Virus record (IMG/VR): IMGVR_UViG_3300027917_002335
Coordinates: 35,502-99,501 of that record
Direction: 5' to 3' (one strand)
Length of the DNA stretch: 64,000 bases
DNA from: a virus
Made by a program: the position numbers and the translations under genes. Within the stretch, counting starts at the first letter, position 1; each line of letters begins with the position of its first letter. Below are positions 51,697 through 61,695 of the stretch, piece after piece. Below the pieces are notes generated by a model. That model worked only from the letters and a program-made list of their open reading frames with translations. It searched no databases and was not told where the DNA came from.

Positions 51697-52129
51697 ACTA
51701 TTTGGAGAATGTTTGGAAGACGATAAGAAAGACTTGCAAGAGTATGTTGTGCAAGCCTCCGCTTCTAGGATAGAGGGTATTATAGAGTTGAAAGGATTTT
51801 ATAAGACACATACTCCAAATGAAACATTTTATAGTTTTGCAGATTTACCAAGAATTATTGAGAAAAAGAATCAAGTTGTGGCTCTTGGTAATAAATTCTT
51901 TCCTTATGAAAGAGTTAGGCAAGTGTTAGAAAACTTCTTTGTTAATAATGTCGAAGTAGGTCTCTATCATGGAAAAGGAGCTTCTGCTCTTGTGTTTAAA
52001 CTTGATGAAGAATATGGAATTATGATGGCAAATAAAGTAGAGAAAGAAAAGAAAGATCCCAATGAAGTATTATATAGGTGGGATGATTTATTTTTCCACA
52101 AAAGTTTTGGAGATGATATGGAATTATGA
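51662..52129 (+). CDS. hypothetical protein with C-terminal DMEL tag; paralog of 31214-31663
   Basis: Ends FGDDMEL; shared central motif. Confidence 0.75.
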   Translation: MMLDSTIKKFIELFGECLEDDKKDLQEYVVQASASRIEGIIELKGFYKTHTPNETFYSFADLPRIIEKKNQVVALGNKFFPYERVRQVLENFFVNNVEVGLYHGKGASALVFKLDEEYGIMMANKVEKEKKDPNEVLYRWDDLFFHKSFGDDMEL

Positions 52130-52893
52130 ATTTTTTATTGACAAGTGAAATGAGAGTTGGTAGTAGGTGGATTCATTATTTACTCCAAGATATAACAGGA
52201 TATAAAGTAAGTCCAGAAATAGATGTATCCAAACTTGCTACTTCAGAAAAAACAGTTAGAGGATATTTCCATCAACAAAGAATTCCAAAGTATCATCACG
52301 CTACACAATTTCAAATACTCCGACATGTTAAACCACATGATTATAAGATAATTGGAATTGTTAGAAATCCCTTAGATAGGATTACTTCTCTTACATTTCA
52401 TCAACGATATAAGCCTCCAGGCAAAGGATTATCAAGTATAAAAGAGGCAGAAAACGATATAGATGCTGTGAAGGTTGCTTTCTATCACAACGATTATAGA
52501 AATGACGACGAAAGACAGTTTATCTTAATGACTCCAAGATGTTCAACAGTAGCTTATAGAAACGAATTCTCTAATTCATTAGATTGGAAATATATATGGA
52601 CAACTTATGAATGGCTACAAAGAGATACAGAAATGGAAATAAGAACTATATTAGATTTCTTAGGTTTTGAAATAGACGATGTTGTTATTAAGAATAATAT
52701 AAGAAAGCATTCATTTAGAAATAAAAGTGGTAGAGAACCTGGACAAGAAAAGAGAGTTGATGAGTGGAGAAGAAAGGGAGTTAATGATGACTGGAAGAAT
52801 TTCTTTACAAAAGAAATGTATGAAGACGGTAAATTAGCACAAGAAACATATAGAATGCTAACAGCAAATGAATTATATTTAGTGGTGGAATAG
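52126..52893 (+). CDS. PAPS-dependent sulfotransferase
   Basis: 5'-PSB-like RVGSRW, 3'-PB RNPLDRITS, YE.L and RKG...DWKN.FT. Confidence 0.88.
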   Translation: MNFLLTSEMRVGSRWIHYLLQDITGYKVSPEIDVSKLATSEKTVRGYFHQQRIPKYHHATQFQILRHVKPHDYKIIGIVRNPLDRITSLTFHQRYKPPGKGLSSIKEAENDIDAVKVAFYHNDYRNDDERQFILMTPRCSTVAYRNEFSNSLDWKYIWTTYEWLQRDTEMEIRTILDFLGFEIDDVVIKNNIRKHSFRNKSGREPGQEKRVDEWRRKGVNDDWKNFFTKEMYEDGKLAQETYRMLTANELYLVVE

Positions 52894-54057
52894 ATGGAAA
52901 GTGAATATAGATTTAGAGCATTACCAAAACAATCGAAGAGCAGGATAAATTCAATGTTTTATTTTTGTCCTTATCTTGCTTATTGCAATGATTATTTAGG
53001 AGAAGAAAGAGGAGAGGGAACAATAAGAACTTCTGTAGGAACTGATGTGCACATGATTCTTTCTGAGTTTTGGAAACAATTTGATATAGATTATTTATAT
53101 GAAGATATAGAAATTAATCCTAATAAAGATTTAGAAAACAACCCAATAACTTATTACTTCTATGGTATTTGTATGGAGTTAACTCCAGAATACGATAGAG
53201 AAGTTCAAGTATTACAGAGAATTTATTGGAAGTTTGCTAAGTTACAAACAGCAAGATTCTTATCTTTGTATCAAATGTTTAAAGGAAATAAACTAAGAGT
53301 GTATGAATATTTTACACCAATAGAAATTGAACAACACTATTATAATGAAGATTTGGAAATTTATGGCACTCTTGATTGTGTTTATAAGATTCCAGAGCTA
53401 GGAGAAACATTAACAGAATCATTATTTATTAGTGATATAAAGACTGGTAATATACCAGCCAGCGTTAGGAGAGGCGCTACAAATGTTAGCGATGAAACAT
53501 CAGTAAAAGTTCCTCCTAAATTTATGTTTGAAATTCATTTCTATGCTCTTTTGTATTTGACTCAACATGGATGGTATTTTAAAGACGAAAGAGTACAACG
53601 ATTTGTTTTGAATAATGAATATTATGACGAGGTATCAAAAACTTATAAGAGTTTTGGACTAGGAAAAACGAAAGAAGAAGAGCAAAATTTACAGAAGAAA
53701 AAGAAAAAATATATTAGTAAGATAGATCATAAACTACATATTTATAATTACGCACTTGAAAAAGAAATAGAATTAAATTATGGAGATTTAAATGTTGGTT
53801 ATCTGTTCTTAACAGGAGATCCTAGCATTAAAGATCCTGTTGTTGTTAAAAAGAAATTTACTTACTCTTCTTTTAAAACTGCTCTATTAAAAATTAATTT
53901 AGCAAGAGCTATTTGGTTTAATAGAAACGATGATAGATTCTATCTTGTTAGACTTATGAAGACAAGACCAGAATACAATCAATATCGTTGTGATAATTGT
54001 AGTAGAAAAGAAAAATGCTTAGCAGAAATTGAAGCAGAGTTTAAAGGTGAAAAATAA
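52894..54057 (+). CDS. Cas4-like PD-(D/E)xK exonuclease
   Basis: FCP, GT.VH, GTLD, DIKTG and C-terminal CDNC....C (Fe-S type). Confidence 0.8.
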   Translation: MESEYRFRALPKQSKSRINSMFYFCPYLAYCNDYLGEERGEGTIRTSVGTDVHMILSEFWKQFDIDYLYEDIEINPNKDLENNPITYYFYGICMELTPEYDREVQVLQRIYWKFAKLQTARFLSLYQMFKGNKLRVYEYFTPIEIEQHYYNEDLEIYGTLDCVYKIPELGETLTESLFISDIKTGNIPASVRRGATNVSDETSVKVPPKFMFEIHFYALLYLTQHGWYFKDERVQRFVLNNEYYDEVSKTYKSFGLGKTKEEEQNLQKKKKKYISKIDHKLHIYNYALEKEIELNYGDLNVGYLFLTGDPSIKDPVVVKKKFTYSSFKTALLKINLARAIWFNRNDDRFYLVRLMKTRPEYNQYRCDNCSRKEKCLAEIEAEFKGEK

Positions 54058-54411
54058 TGGAATGGAAAGAAATTAAATGCTTTTATTGTGGTAAAGTTTT
54101 TTATATACCCATTACAAGCGAAATAGAAAAAGGATTATGTGAAGAATGTTACAAATATTTAGGTGTTTAAAATGTGTTGGGAACATGAACAAGAGTATTG
54201 TGATATGTGTTTTGATTTCCTATGGAATGATTATAATTTATTTGACGGAGAATCAATTGTTCCTCTATTAAGAGGATATAATATAGAGTTTAAAGATCAT
54301 CAATCTGAAGTAGAATGTAAGAATAAATTTTTTGATTTCTTATCAAAGTGTCACGATGAAGGATTAATCAAAACTGTGGTAGAAGTAGAAGATTTTAATG
54401 AAGATGAGTAA

Positions 54412-55455
54412 ATGGTGTTTATTGAAACTGGTGTCTCTAATCGAACACCTTTTAGGAAGATGTTTACATCTCAACAGGATGCTGTTAAAGATTTCAATAA
54501 GTATAAAGAATTTACTAACATCTATCACTCTATTTATTGGTTCAAAAATAAAGAAGAGAAATTTGACGAATACGGTAATTTCATTAGATTCGGTCCCGAT
54601 TATAACACTGCCGTCATCACAAAGATTAGCCTTGACTTGGATTCGTACAGAACTTTGCGAGTTAATGGAGATATTGTGGAAGTATACACAGACGAAGGAT
54701 TAATTTCTCTTAATAAATTTGCTGAGTGGTGTGATAAACACAACTATATGAGAGAATATGTCTTTAGCGGAGGAGGGTTTTATGGGATTGTTGCTGCTGA
54801 AGGCAATTGTCTTAAATTAAGGGATGGAATGCTAAACCTAGGATTAGAAGCTGGCGTTAGTATAGATCCTGCTACTGTTGGAGACACAAGCAGAATGAGA
54901 AGAGTGTTAAACTCTTACAATTTTAAAGAACATAGAAAATGTTATTGCATTCCATTAACAGAAGAAGAAATTAAATTAGATTATCACGAAATAAGAAAAT
55001 TAGCTCAGAAACCTAGGTTTAGACAAAAATATGTTTACGGTTCTAAAACTTATAACTTAGAAAATTTCAAGATTGATTCTTACAAACTTGAAAAGAAAGA
55101 ATTGTTTGTTGAAATAGAAAAGAATCCAGATGCTGAGAAAATTCTGGAGAAGTATGGCTGGGAAACAAACGATTTTTGCGACACAATTAAACATCTTATA
55201 AGTAAGGATTATTTAGGTCATTATTTAAGATTTGAAATGATTAAATATTTAAAATCTGTTGTTAAGATGAAATTTGTTGATTGCGTAAATTATATAAATG
55301 CTTTGTTAGGTGCAGAAGGAAAGCATTCTCTTACTGAAGGACAAGCAAAATATGTTTATGGAAGAAACAGAGTATTTAATCCAACTAAACTAAAAGCATC
55401 TGGTTTATGTCCAGCCAATTGTTACAAGTGTTTAAGATTGAGGGATTTAATATGA
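54412..55455 (+). CDS. priS: archaeo-eukaryotic primase with fused PriL-like C-terminal domain
   Basis: DLD, FSGGGFY, D.SR..RV.NS.N; C-terminal FC...H..RF...C...C..C. Confidence 0.8.
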   Translation: MVFIETGVSNRTPFRKMFTSQQDAVKDFNKYKEFTNIYHSIYWFKNKEEKFDEYGNFIRFGPDYNTAVITKISLDLDSYRTLRVNGDIVEVYTDEGLISLNKFAEWCDKHNYMREYVFSGGGFYGIVAAEGNCLKLRDGMLNLGLEAGVSIDPATVGDTSRMRRVLNSYNFKEHRKCYCIPLTEEEIKLDYHEIRKLAQKPRFRQKYVYGSKTYNLENFKIDSYKLEKKELFVEIEKNPDAEKILEKYGWETNDFCDTIKHLISKDYLGHYLRFEMIKYLKSVVKMKFVDCVNYINALLGAEGKHSLTEGQAKYVYGRNRVFNPTKLKASGLCPANCYKCLRLRDLI

Positions 55456-55602
55456 CTATGTTTGATGAAATAAACGAATATGCTGATGGTTTGAGAGATA
55501 AAGGTTATGCAGTTCATGTAGAACATTATGAAGATGGCAATCACGAATTAATTTCAATTACAGTTATAATAGATAAAAAAAGAAATAGAGGAAAAGATTT
55601 TT

Positions 55603-56151
55603 ATGGATAAAGCAGTTTGTATATGGTTTTTTGGTTTGTCTGGAGCAGGAAAAACAACAATTGCAGATAAACTTAAAGATGAATTTTTAGTAAGAGGATT
55701 AAAAGTTGAAAGATTAGATGGCGATATTGTAAGAGGAGCCTTAACAAGAGACTTAGGATTCTCTATTGAAGATAGATTTGAACACATAAGAAGAGTTGTG
55801 TTAGTAGCAAAGATGTTAATTAAGAACGGAATTAATGTTATAGCTTCTTTTATTACACCATTAAGAGCTATGAGGTATTATATTCAACAAGAGCTTGGAG
55901 ATAAGTGTTTACTTGTTGAGTGTCAGTGTGATATACATACTTGTATGGAACGAGACATAAAAGGATTATATAAAAAGTCATTAAATGGAGAAATAAAAGA
56001 TTTTACTGGATTAACACAACCTTATGAAGAAGGAGAAGGAGAAGTGTTTTGGTTCTTAAACACAAATTCTTATGAGCCAAATGACTCATTAAAAGATTTA
56101 TTAGAAACATTTAAAAGTTTTAAAGTATTTGAGTATTTGATGGAAAAATGA
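55603..56151 (+). CDS. cysC: adenylylsulfate (APS) kinase
   Basis: WFFGLSGAGKTT, LDGD.VR, LGFS.EDR, RD.KGLY and FTG..QPYE. Confidence 0.95.
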   Translation: MDKAVCIWFFGLSGAGKTTIADKLKDEFLVRGLKVERLDGDIVRGALTRDLGFSIEDRFEHIRRVVLVAKMLIKNGINVIASFITPLRAMRYYIQQELGDKCLLVECQCDIHTCMERDIKGLYKKSLNGEIKDFTGLTQPYEEGEGEVFWFLNTNSYEPNDSLKDLLETFKSFKVFEYLMEK

Positions 56152-56915
56152 TCGTTATAGATGTTGGGGAACCTCCAGAAGTATTTGAAATGTTTGAGAA
56201 GAAAGGAATACCTTATGTTAGAGCAGAAATAAGAATGTTCTATTGTGCTGATTGTGAAAAAGTTTACATACACCAACCTGAAACATGTGAATGTGGTTCT
56301 GATGATATAAGAGCTGATAGAGTAGGTGACTTCACTAATACAGATAGAACATGGGTTATAGAAAGAAAGACAGAATCAGATTTTGTTGGTTCTATGCTTG
56401 ATAAGTCTTTACATGCTCAAGCAGCAAAGATGGCTAAATATTATTCTGGATGGAAATTTGTTTTTCTTCAAGGATTTATATCTGTTATGGTAGATGATCC
56501 TCATCATAAAGGAAATATAAAACCTTGGATAAGATCAATGAGAGTGACATTAAGAAAGTACGATGTATGTATGTGGCAATGTGATGATTTAAGTCAGTTA
56601 GTCGATGAGGTTTTTAGAGTTGAACAAAAAGCTGGAGAACAACCAAAGATATATGATAAGATAGATGATAAATATAAAGGATGGTCAGATTCTAAGAAGT
56701 TTATTTGTAAATTGATTGATGTATCAGATAAGAAAGCTGATATATTATTACAAGAATTTGGTAATCCAGTGGGAGTTCTTGAAGCCATACTATCAAGTGA
56801 AGCCACTTTTACTAGAACTGGCAATCCAAAAGGAGTTATTGGTCCTATGGAAAGTGTAAAGGGTTTCGGTCCCAAATTTATAATTAAAAATAAGAAGATG
56901 TTATATGGAAGCTGA
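56148..56915 (+). CDS. ERCC4/XPF-family structure-specific nuclease with Zn-ribbon insert and HhH
   Basis: GDF...IERKT..DF..S core; CADC...CECG insert; C-terminal VKGFGPK. Confidence 0.85.
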   Translation: MIVIDVGEPPEVFEMFEKKGIPYVRAEIRMFYCADCEKVYIHQPETCECGSDDIRADRVGDFTNTDRTWVIERKTESDFVGSMLDKSLHAQAAKMAKYYSGWKFVFLQGFISVMVDDPHHKGNIKPWIRSMRVTLRKYDVCMWQCDDLSQLVDEVFRVEQKAGEQPKIYDKIDDKYKGWSDSKKFICKLIDVSDKKADILLQEFGNPVGVLEAILSSEATFTRTGNPKGVIGPMESVKGFGPKFIIKNKKMLYGS

Positions 56916-57097
56916 AGAGAAACTAGAAAGGATAGAAGAGAGTCTATATTTATGGCTTATAGATACCAGTGCTGGAGATAGAGACGATTATGTTATTGGA
57001 GACCTATTTATATATAAAATAATCCACGAGTTCTTTCCAGATTTAGCTAAACAAGTAGAGGAAATAAAAAAGAACCCACCAATGAGAGTAAACTATC

Positions 57098-58948
57098 TTG
57101 GAGACAGTTAGAAACATAATTGCACAAGAATGTACAGATTTTGTGCGTTATGGTAAAGGAAATCTAGTGTATAGAACATTCACAGGTTCAGGCAAAACAA
57201 CTACAGTATTAAAGACACTGTATGAATCTAAGGATGGATTTAGCTGGATGTACTTTGCACCCTATCACAAAGTAATACAAGAGAATATGGAATTGTCAAA
57301 AGTGATAGAGTTTTCTAATGATTGGATTCATTTATTATCTCGAAAGTATTTATGCTTGGATAAAGACTTTAAAAAATTGACAAAACATGGTGTAAATATT
57401 CAACCTTTTTGTGAGAATTTTTGCACACTAAAAGATACTCGTTGTCCTTATTATGAGAATCTACGAAAGTTAAGAGACTATCCTTATTGCTTTGCTGGTG
57501 TTCATGCTCACATTCCAACATTATTACAAAAACTATTATTTGAGAAATGGAAAGGAAGAATGTTCTTTTCTTATTATGATGTCATTGTAATAGATGAGTT
57601 TCCTTATAGTTCTATTTATAGCCAATTGTCATTAGGAAGAAAAGACATAGCTAAACAAATAGATGTTTTAGATTTAATGGGGTTGGGCGGTAGATTAGAC
57701 CATGTAATAAGATATTTATTAGAAAGATTACTTCTTTCTGTTGATAGCGCAAAAGGATTAGACTATGATGATTTAGAAAGAGTCTTAACAGAAGCAAGAG
57801 GATTAAATGTAGATACATATAAGGAAGAATATGACTTACAAATGTTAGAGTTGGTTAGGAAGAAGAAAATTAAAAATCCACCTAAGGATATCTTACATTA
57901 TTTATTGGAAATTCTTAAAAGACATCCTTCGAGAGACAAATTAGAATGGATGATTCACAAGACAGTAGAAACTTCTTGGCACAATTCGAAATTATATCTT
58001 ACAATTTCTAATATACCACACTTTAAGAATTTACCTAATAAAGTTATAGCATTAGATGGCACAGCAGATTTACCTATTTGGAAAGCAATATTAGGAGAAG
58101 ATACAACAGCAATAACATTTGATTTACAATATAAAAATATGTACCAAATGATTGGTGCAAGAAATCCTACAAGTACAATAGTAAAAGCAGGAGAATTTTC
58201 TCCTTCTGGTGTGAGATTATATGAGATATTAAAAAGAATTTGTGAATATAAGAAAAGAAAATATAAAGTATCGGGTTATAAAGTAAAAGAAGTTAAAGTT
58301 TTAATTTGTTGTAGTTATAGGATACAAAAATTATTAGAAAAAGAATTTAAGAAGGATAAAGTAACAAATTTTGAGTTTGCTACTTTTTATAATTTACGCT
58401 CACGAAATTCATATTTCGAAGACTGTGACACTTGCGTTGTATTCCACGAGCCAAATATACCGCCGTTCCAAACAGAAATAATAAAGAATGTCCTGGACTT
58501 TGATTACGACACAATTAGATTAATTCATAGAGAAGACGAAATGAAACAAGGGATTGGTAGAGCAAGACAAAATATACCGGTAACTCCACAAGGAAGAAAG
58601 AGAGAGAAATTACGGGAGATATTTATATTCTCTTCTACTGGGTATAAGAAATTATTTCCAGAAGCAAGATACATGACTTACGAAGATATGCTTTCTTATG
58701 TGACAGGAGGAAAAAAGAGATTATATTTTGATACAGTCAGAGATTTTATAACAGAACATACACCAATTTCAAAGACAAAATTAGGAGAACATTTAGATTT
58801 ATCATACACAAAAGTAGATAGACTAGTTAGTATATTAGAAAAAGAAGGAGATGTAAAAGTAGAATGGGGCAAAATCACATGGATCAAGCCTCCTACTTTA
58901 GAGGATGAAGAAAGATATTTAATAAAAATAGGAGGCGTAGCATGGTAA
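57098..58948 (+). CDS. SF2 helicase, XPD/DinG-like Fe-S cluster, C-terminal wHTH
   Basis: TGSGKTT, SRKYLC...C...C...CPYY, VIDE and QGIGRAR. Confidence 0.75.
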   Translation: METVRNIIAQECTDFVRYGKGNLVYRTFTGSGKTTTVLKTLYESKDGFSWMYFAPYHKVIQENMELSKVIEFSNDWIHLLSRKYLCLDKDFKKLTKHGVNIQPFCENFCTLKDTRCPYYENLRKLRDYPYCFAGVHAHIPTLLQKLLFEKWKGRMFFSYYDVIVIDEFPYSSIYSQLSLGRKDIAKQIDVLDLMGLGGRLDHVIRYLLERLLLSVDSAKGLDYDDLERVLTEARGLNVDTYKEEYDLQMLELVRKKKIKNPPKDILHYLLEILKRHPSRDKLEWMIHKTVETSWHNSKLYLTISNIPHFKNLPNKVIALDGTADLPIWKAILGEDTTAITFDLQYKNMYQMIGARNPTSTIVKAGEFSPSGVRLYEILKRICEYKKRKYKVSGYKVKEVKVLICCSYRIQKLLEKEFKKDKVTNFEFATFYNLRSRNSYFEDCDTCVVFHEPNIPPFQTEIIKNVLDFDYDTIRLIHREDEMKQGIGRARQNIPVTPQGRKREKLREIFIFSSTGYKKLFPEARYMTYEDMLSYVTGGKKRLYFDTVRDFITEHTPISKTKLGEHLDLSYTKVDRLVSILEKEGDVKVEWGKITWIKPPTLEDEERYLIKIGGVAW

Positions 58949-59368
58949 CGATCACGGATGAAGAGTTTAAAGAATATATGGCTCTCAAGAGAAAAGAGGT
59001 TGAGAGACAAGAAGCAATCGACAAGACATTATCTAAAGGGGTAGAGGCAATAAGAAGATGGAGAAGTGATTTAAAAACTCCACGAGGTTACGCCACAATA
59101 TTTGCAAATATATTAAATGAAGAATGGAAGAGAAGAGATTACCCAGAAACTTTCATTCTTGATAGATGGAAAGTAGTTAAAAAATATTTAGCTCCTGTTA
59201 TATATGTTAAAGACGGAGTGCATAATATTCGACATACATTTAGACGATATATGAAAGAGTATGGTTGGTATATGAGAATCAATCGTACCTATGGTCTTTT
59301 TGAAGTAATGAAGATTATTTAAATACCTATATTTAAAAAATAATAAAACAACAACTATATGAATAAAT

Positions 59369-60631
59369 ATGTTAATTGACAATACTAGAAATAGAATTGT
59401 GTGTTTATCACAAGATCCAAAAACGATATTCAGCTATGGACTTCAGGTTCTGGAGTTGATTAAAGGACTTCCTAAGTTCCAGTTTCATGTAATCAGCTCA
59501 CAGTATCAATACGGTCGTCCATACGAGGATAAGGATTACCCGTATGTAACTTGGGCAAATGAGGGAGACGGAGCAAGAACAACATCAACCTTGAAAAAGG
59601 TTATTGAGTACACTTATCCTGTTTGTGTTTTTTCTATGGGTGATATACATCACCATCCAGGAGTTAATATCGGCAAACCTCTACAAGTTCCTTGGGTTTC
59701 TTGGTTTCCTTGGGATAACCACGATGTACCTGCAATGCTTAGAGCACAACAAGCAATACTATCACCTGATATAAAAATCACAATGAATAAATTCTCTTTC
59801 GATTTGATGAATAAATACAATCTACAAATTGATGATTGGATTTATAACATTGTTAATACTCAAGTGTTTCGACCATTAACAAAAGAAGAATTCGACAAGC
59901 AACAAATGATTTTACAAAATCCAAAGATTGCTGATAAGAAAATTTTATTGTTTGTAGGAAGACCTTCTTGGAGAAAGAACTTAGAATTTTTAATGGGTGC
60001 TTTTAAAGAATTATGTAGAAGAAGAGATGATGTATTGCTTTATCTACATGTTGACTTCCAAGATCAGGGAATACCAGATAAACCAGATTTAAACAAGATA
60101 ATTCACGGCTTAGGATTGAAAGATAAAATGTTGTCTACTGAACAAAACAGATGGACAACTGGAGTAGATTCATCTTTTCTTAATAGACTCTACAATCTTT
60201 GTGATTTATATGTTTCTCCACATGGAGGAGAAGGATTTGGTTTGCCTGTTTGTGAAGCAATGGCAACAGGAATACCGTTTATAGCAACTGATTGTACTTC
60301 TATGCCAGAATTTGCAGGTAATGATGAAAGAGGTCTCTTAGCAAAGCAAGAAAAAAGTGTTAGAGAGAAGGGCGTTTTGAGACCTTGGGTTGATGTAAAA
60401 GACTTTGTTAATAAGATAGATTATCTCTTAGATAATGATGATGTAAGAAAGAAAATGGGTCAAAATGGAATGAAATGGGTTAAAAAGAATTGTTCTCATA
60501 ATGTAGTCATTCCTAAATGGAGAGATGTATTTACAAGATTAGAAATACCATTTTGTAGTGTTGATAAGAGGGCTACTGAAGTTGAGTGGTCAGAAAAATA
60601 TGCAAGTATGGAGATGGTGCCAGAACAATGA
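59369..60631 (+). CDS. GT4-family glycosyltransferase
   Basis: FVGR...RKN and EGFGLP..EAMA.G.P. Confidence 0.92.
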   Translation: MLIDNTRNRIVCLSQDPKTIFSYGLQVLELIKGLPKFQFHVISSQYQYGRPYEDKDYPYVTWANEGDGARTTSTLKKVIEYTYPVCVFSMGDIHHHPGVNIGKPLQVPWVSWFPWDNHDVPAMLRAQQAILSPDIKITMNKFSFDLMNKYNLQIDDWIYNIVNTQVFRPLTKEEFDKQQMILQNPKIADKKILLFVGRPSWRKNLEFLMGAFKELCRRRDDVLLYLHVDFQDQGIPDKPDLNKIIHGLGLKDKMLSTEQNRWTTGVDSSFLNRLYNLCDLYVSPHGGEGFGLPVCEAMATGIPFIATDCTSMPEFAGNDERGLLAKQEKSVREKGVLRPWVDVKDFVNKIDYLLDNDDVRKKMGQNGMKWVKKNCSHNVVIPKWRDVFTRLEIPFCSVDKRATEVEWSEKYASMEMVPEQ

Positions 60632-61695
60632 TTGATGTAACTTGGCTTAATAACTTTGGTCCTAACGGATATGGTATTTGTGGAAGAGGATATGTGAAAA
60701 TTCTCAGAGATCTCGGTTATAATATAAAGATATTTCCTTATCCTTATATGGATGAGAAAGATGAATTATTCCCTCTTACAAAAACTAAAGTAGAAAATCC
60801 TTTAGATGTTTATCACGCCATACCAACTGTTTTAAAAGAAGCATTTTATACAGTTACCGAAGTTAGAACGCCTCCAGATTTTATGGCTTATCCATTAAAA
60901 GAAGCAAAACTTATTTTGACACAATCTAAATTTTGTAAAGAATCATTCAGTAAAGTTACTGATCCTAAGAAAATACATGTTGTTAATTTTCCATTCTTTA
61001 AAGATGAATTTCAATCAGTTGGTCCAGTATACAAGTTACACATGAATAAAAAACATAAGTTTAAATTCTTTAGTGTGGCTAGGGTTGATGTAAGAAAGAA
61101 TGTGGATGTATTAATGAGAGCATTCGCTGAAGTGTTTGGTAATAATAAAGATGTGTGTCTAATAATGAAAATGGGAAGTGATAGATATTGTATTCCTAAA
61201 ATGTTTTATGATTTAAAACTTCCTAAGAATATTTATTGGATGACTGAATATGTTGAAGATACTTCAATGCTTTATAGAGCAATGAATGCTTATGTTACTG
61301 CTGATTGTGGAGAAGGATGGGGCGCACCAACAACTGAAGCAATGTTAACTGGTTTACCAACAATTGCTCCAAGACATTCTGGTCATTTAGATTATATGAA
61401 CGACGATAATTCATTTATGATAGAAGTTGGAGATTGGGAATACATTGGTTATAGAAAAGATAATTTGTATCCAGATTTGTTAGCTCCTCAATTAGAGTGG
61501 AAAAGACCAGATGTAGAATCATTAAAAGCACAGATGTGGGATTGCTACCAGAAATTTAAAGATAGAAACAGGGATTCAGTACTAGAAGAACCAATGATTA
61601 AAAATGCTTTAGAAGTTAGAAAAATTGTCAACAAAGATTATGTTGGAGCACAATTAAAACAAGCATTAGATTGGTATGAAGGTGAATATAGATAA
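60628..61695 (+). CDS. GT4-family glycosyltransferase
   Basis: GYG...R, RKN.D and EGWGAP..EAM..G.P; probable start MIDV at 60628. Confidence 0.9.
   Translation: MIDVTWLNNFGPNGYGICGRGYVKILRDLGYNIKIFPYPYMDEKDELFPLTKTKVENPLDVYHAIPTVLKEAFYTVTEVRTPPDFMAYPLKEAKLILTQSKFCKESFSKVTDPKKIHVVNFPFFKDEFQSVGPVYKLHMNKKHKFKFFSVARVDVRKNVDVLMRAFAEVFGNNKDVCLIMKMGSDRYCIPKMFYDLKLPKNIYWMTEYVEDTSMLYRAMNAYVTADCGEGWGAPTTEAMLTGLPTIAPRHSGHLDYMNDDNSFMIEVGDWEYIGYRKDNLYPDLLAPQLEWKRPDVESLKAQMWDCYQKFKDRNRDSVLEEPMIKNALEVRKIVNKDYVGAQLKQALDWYEGEYR

Noticed and set aside
52894-54057. Cas4-like gene as evidence of a CRISPR-Cas system
   Set aside because: No repeat-spacer array or other cas genes were seen; solo Cas4-like nucleases are common in archaeal viruses
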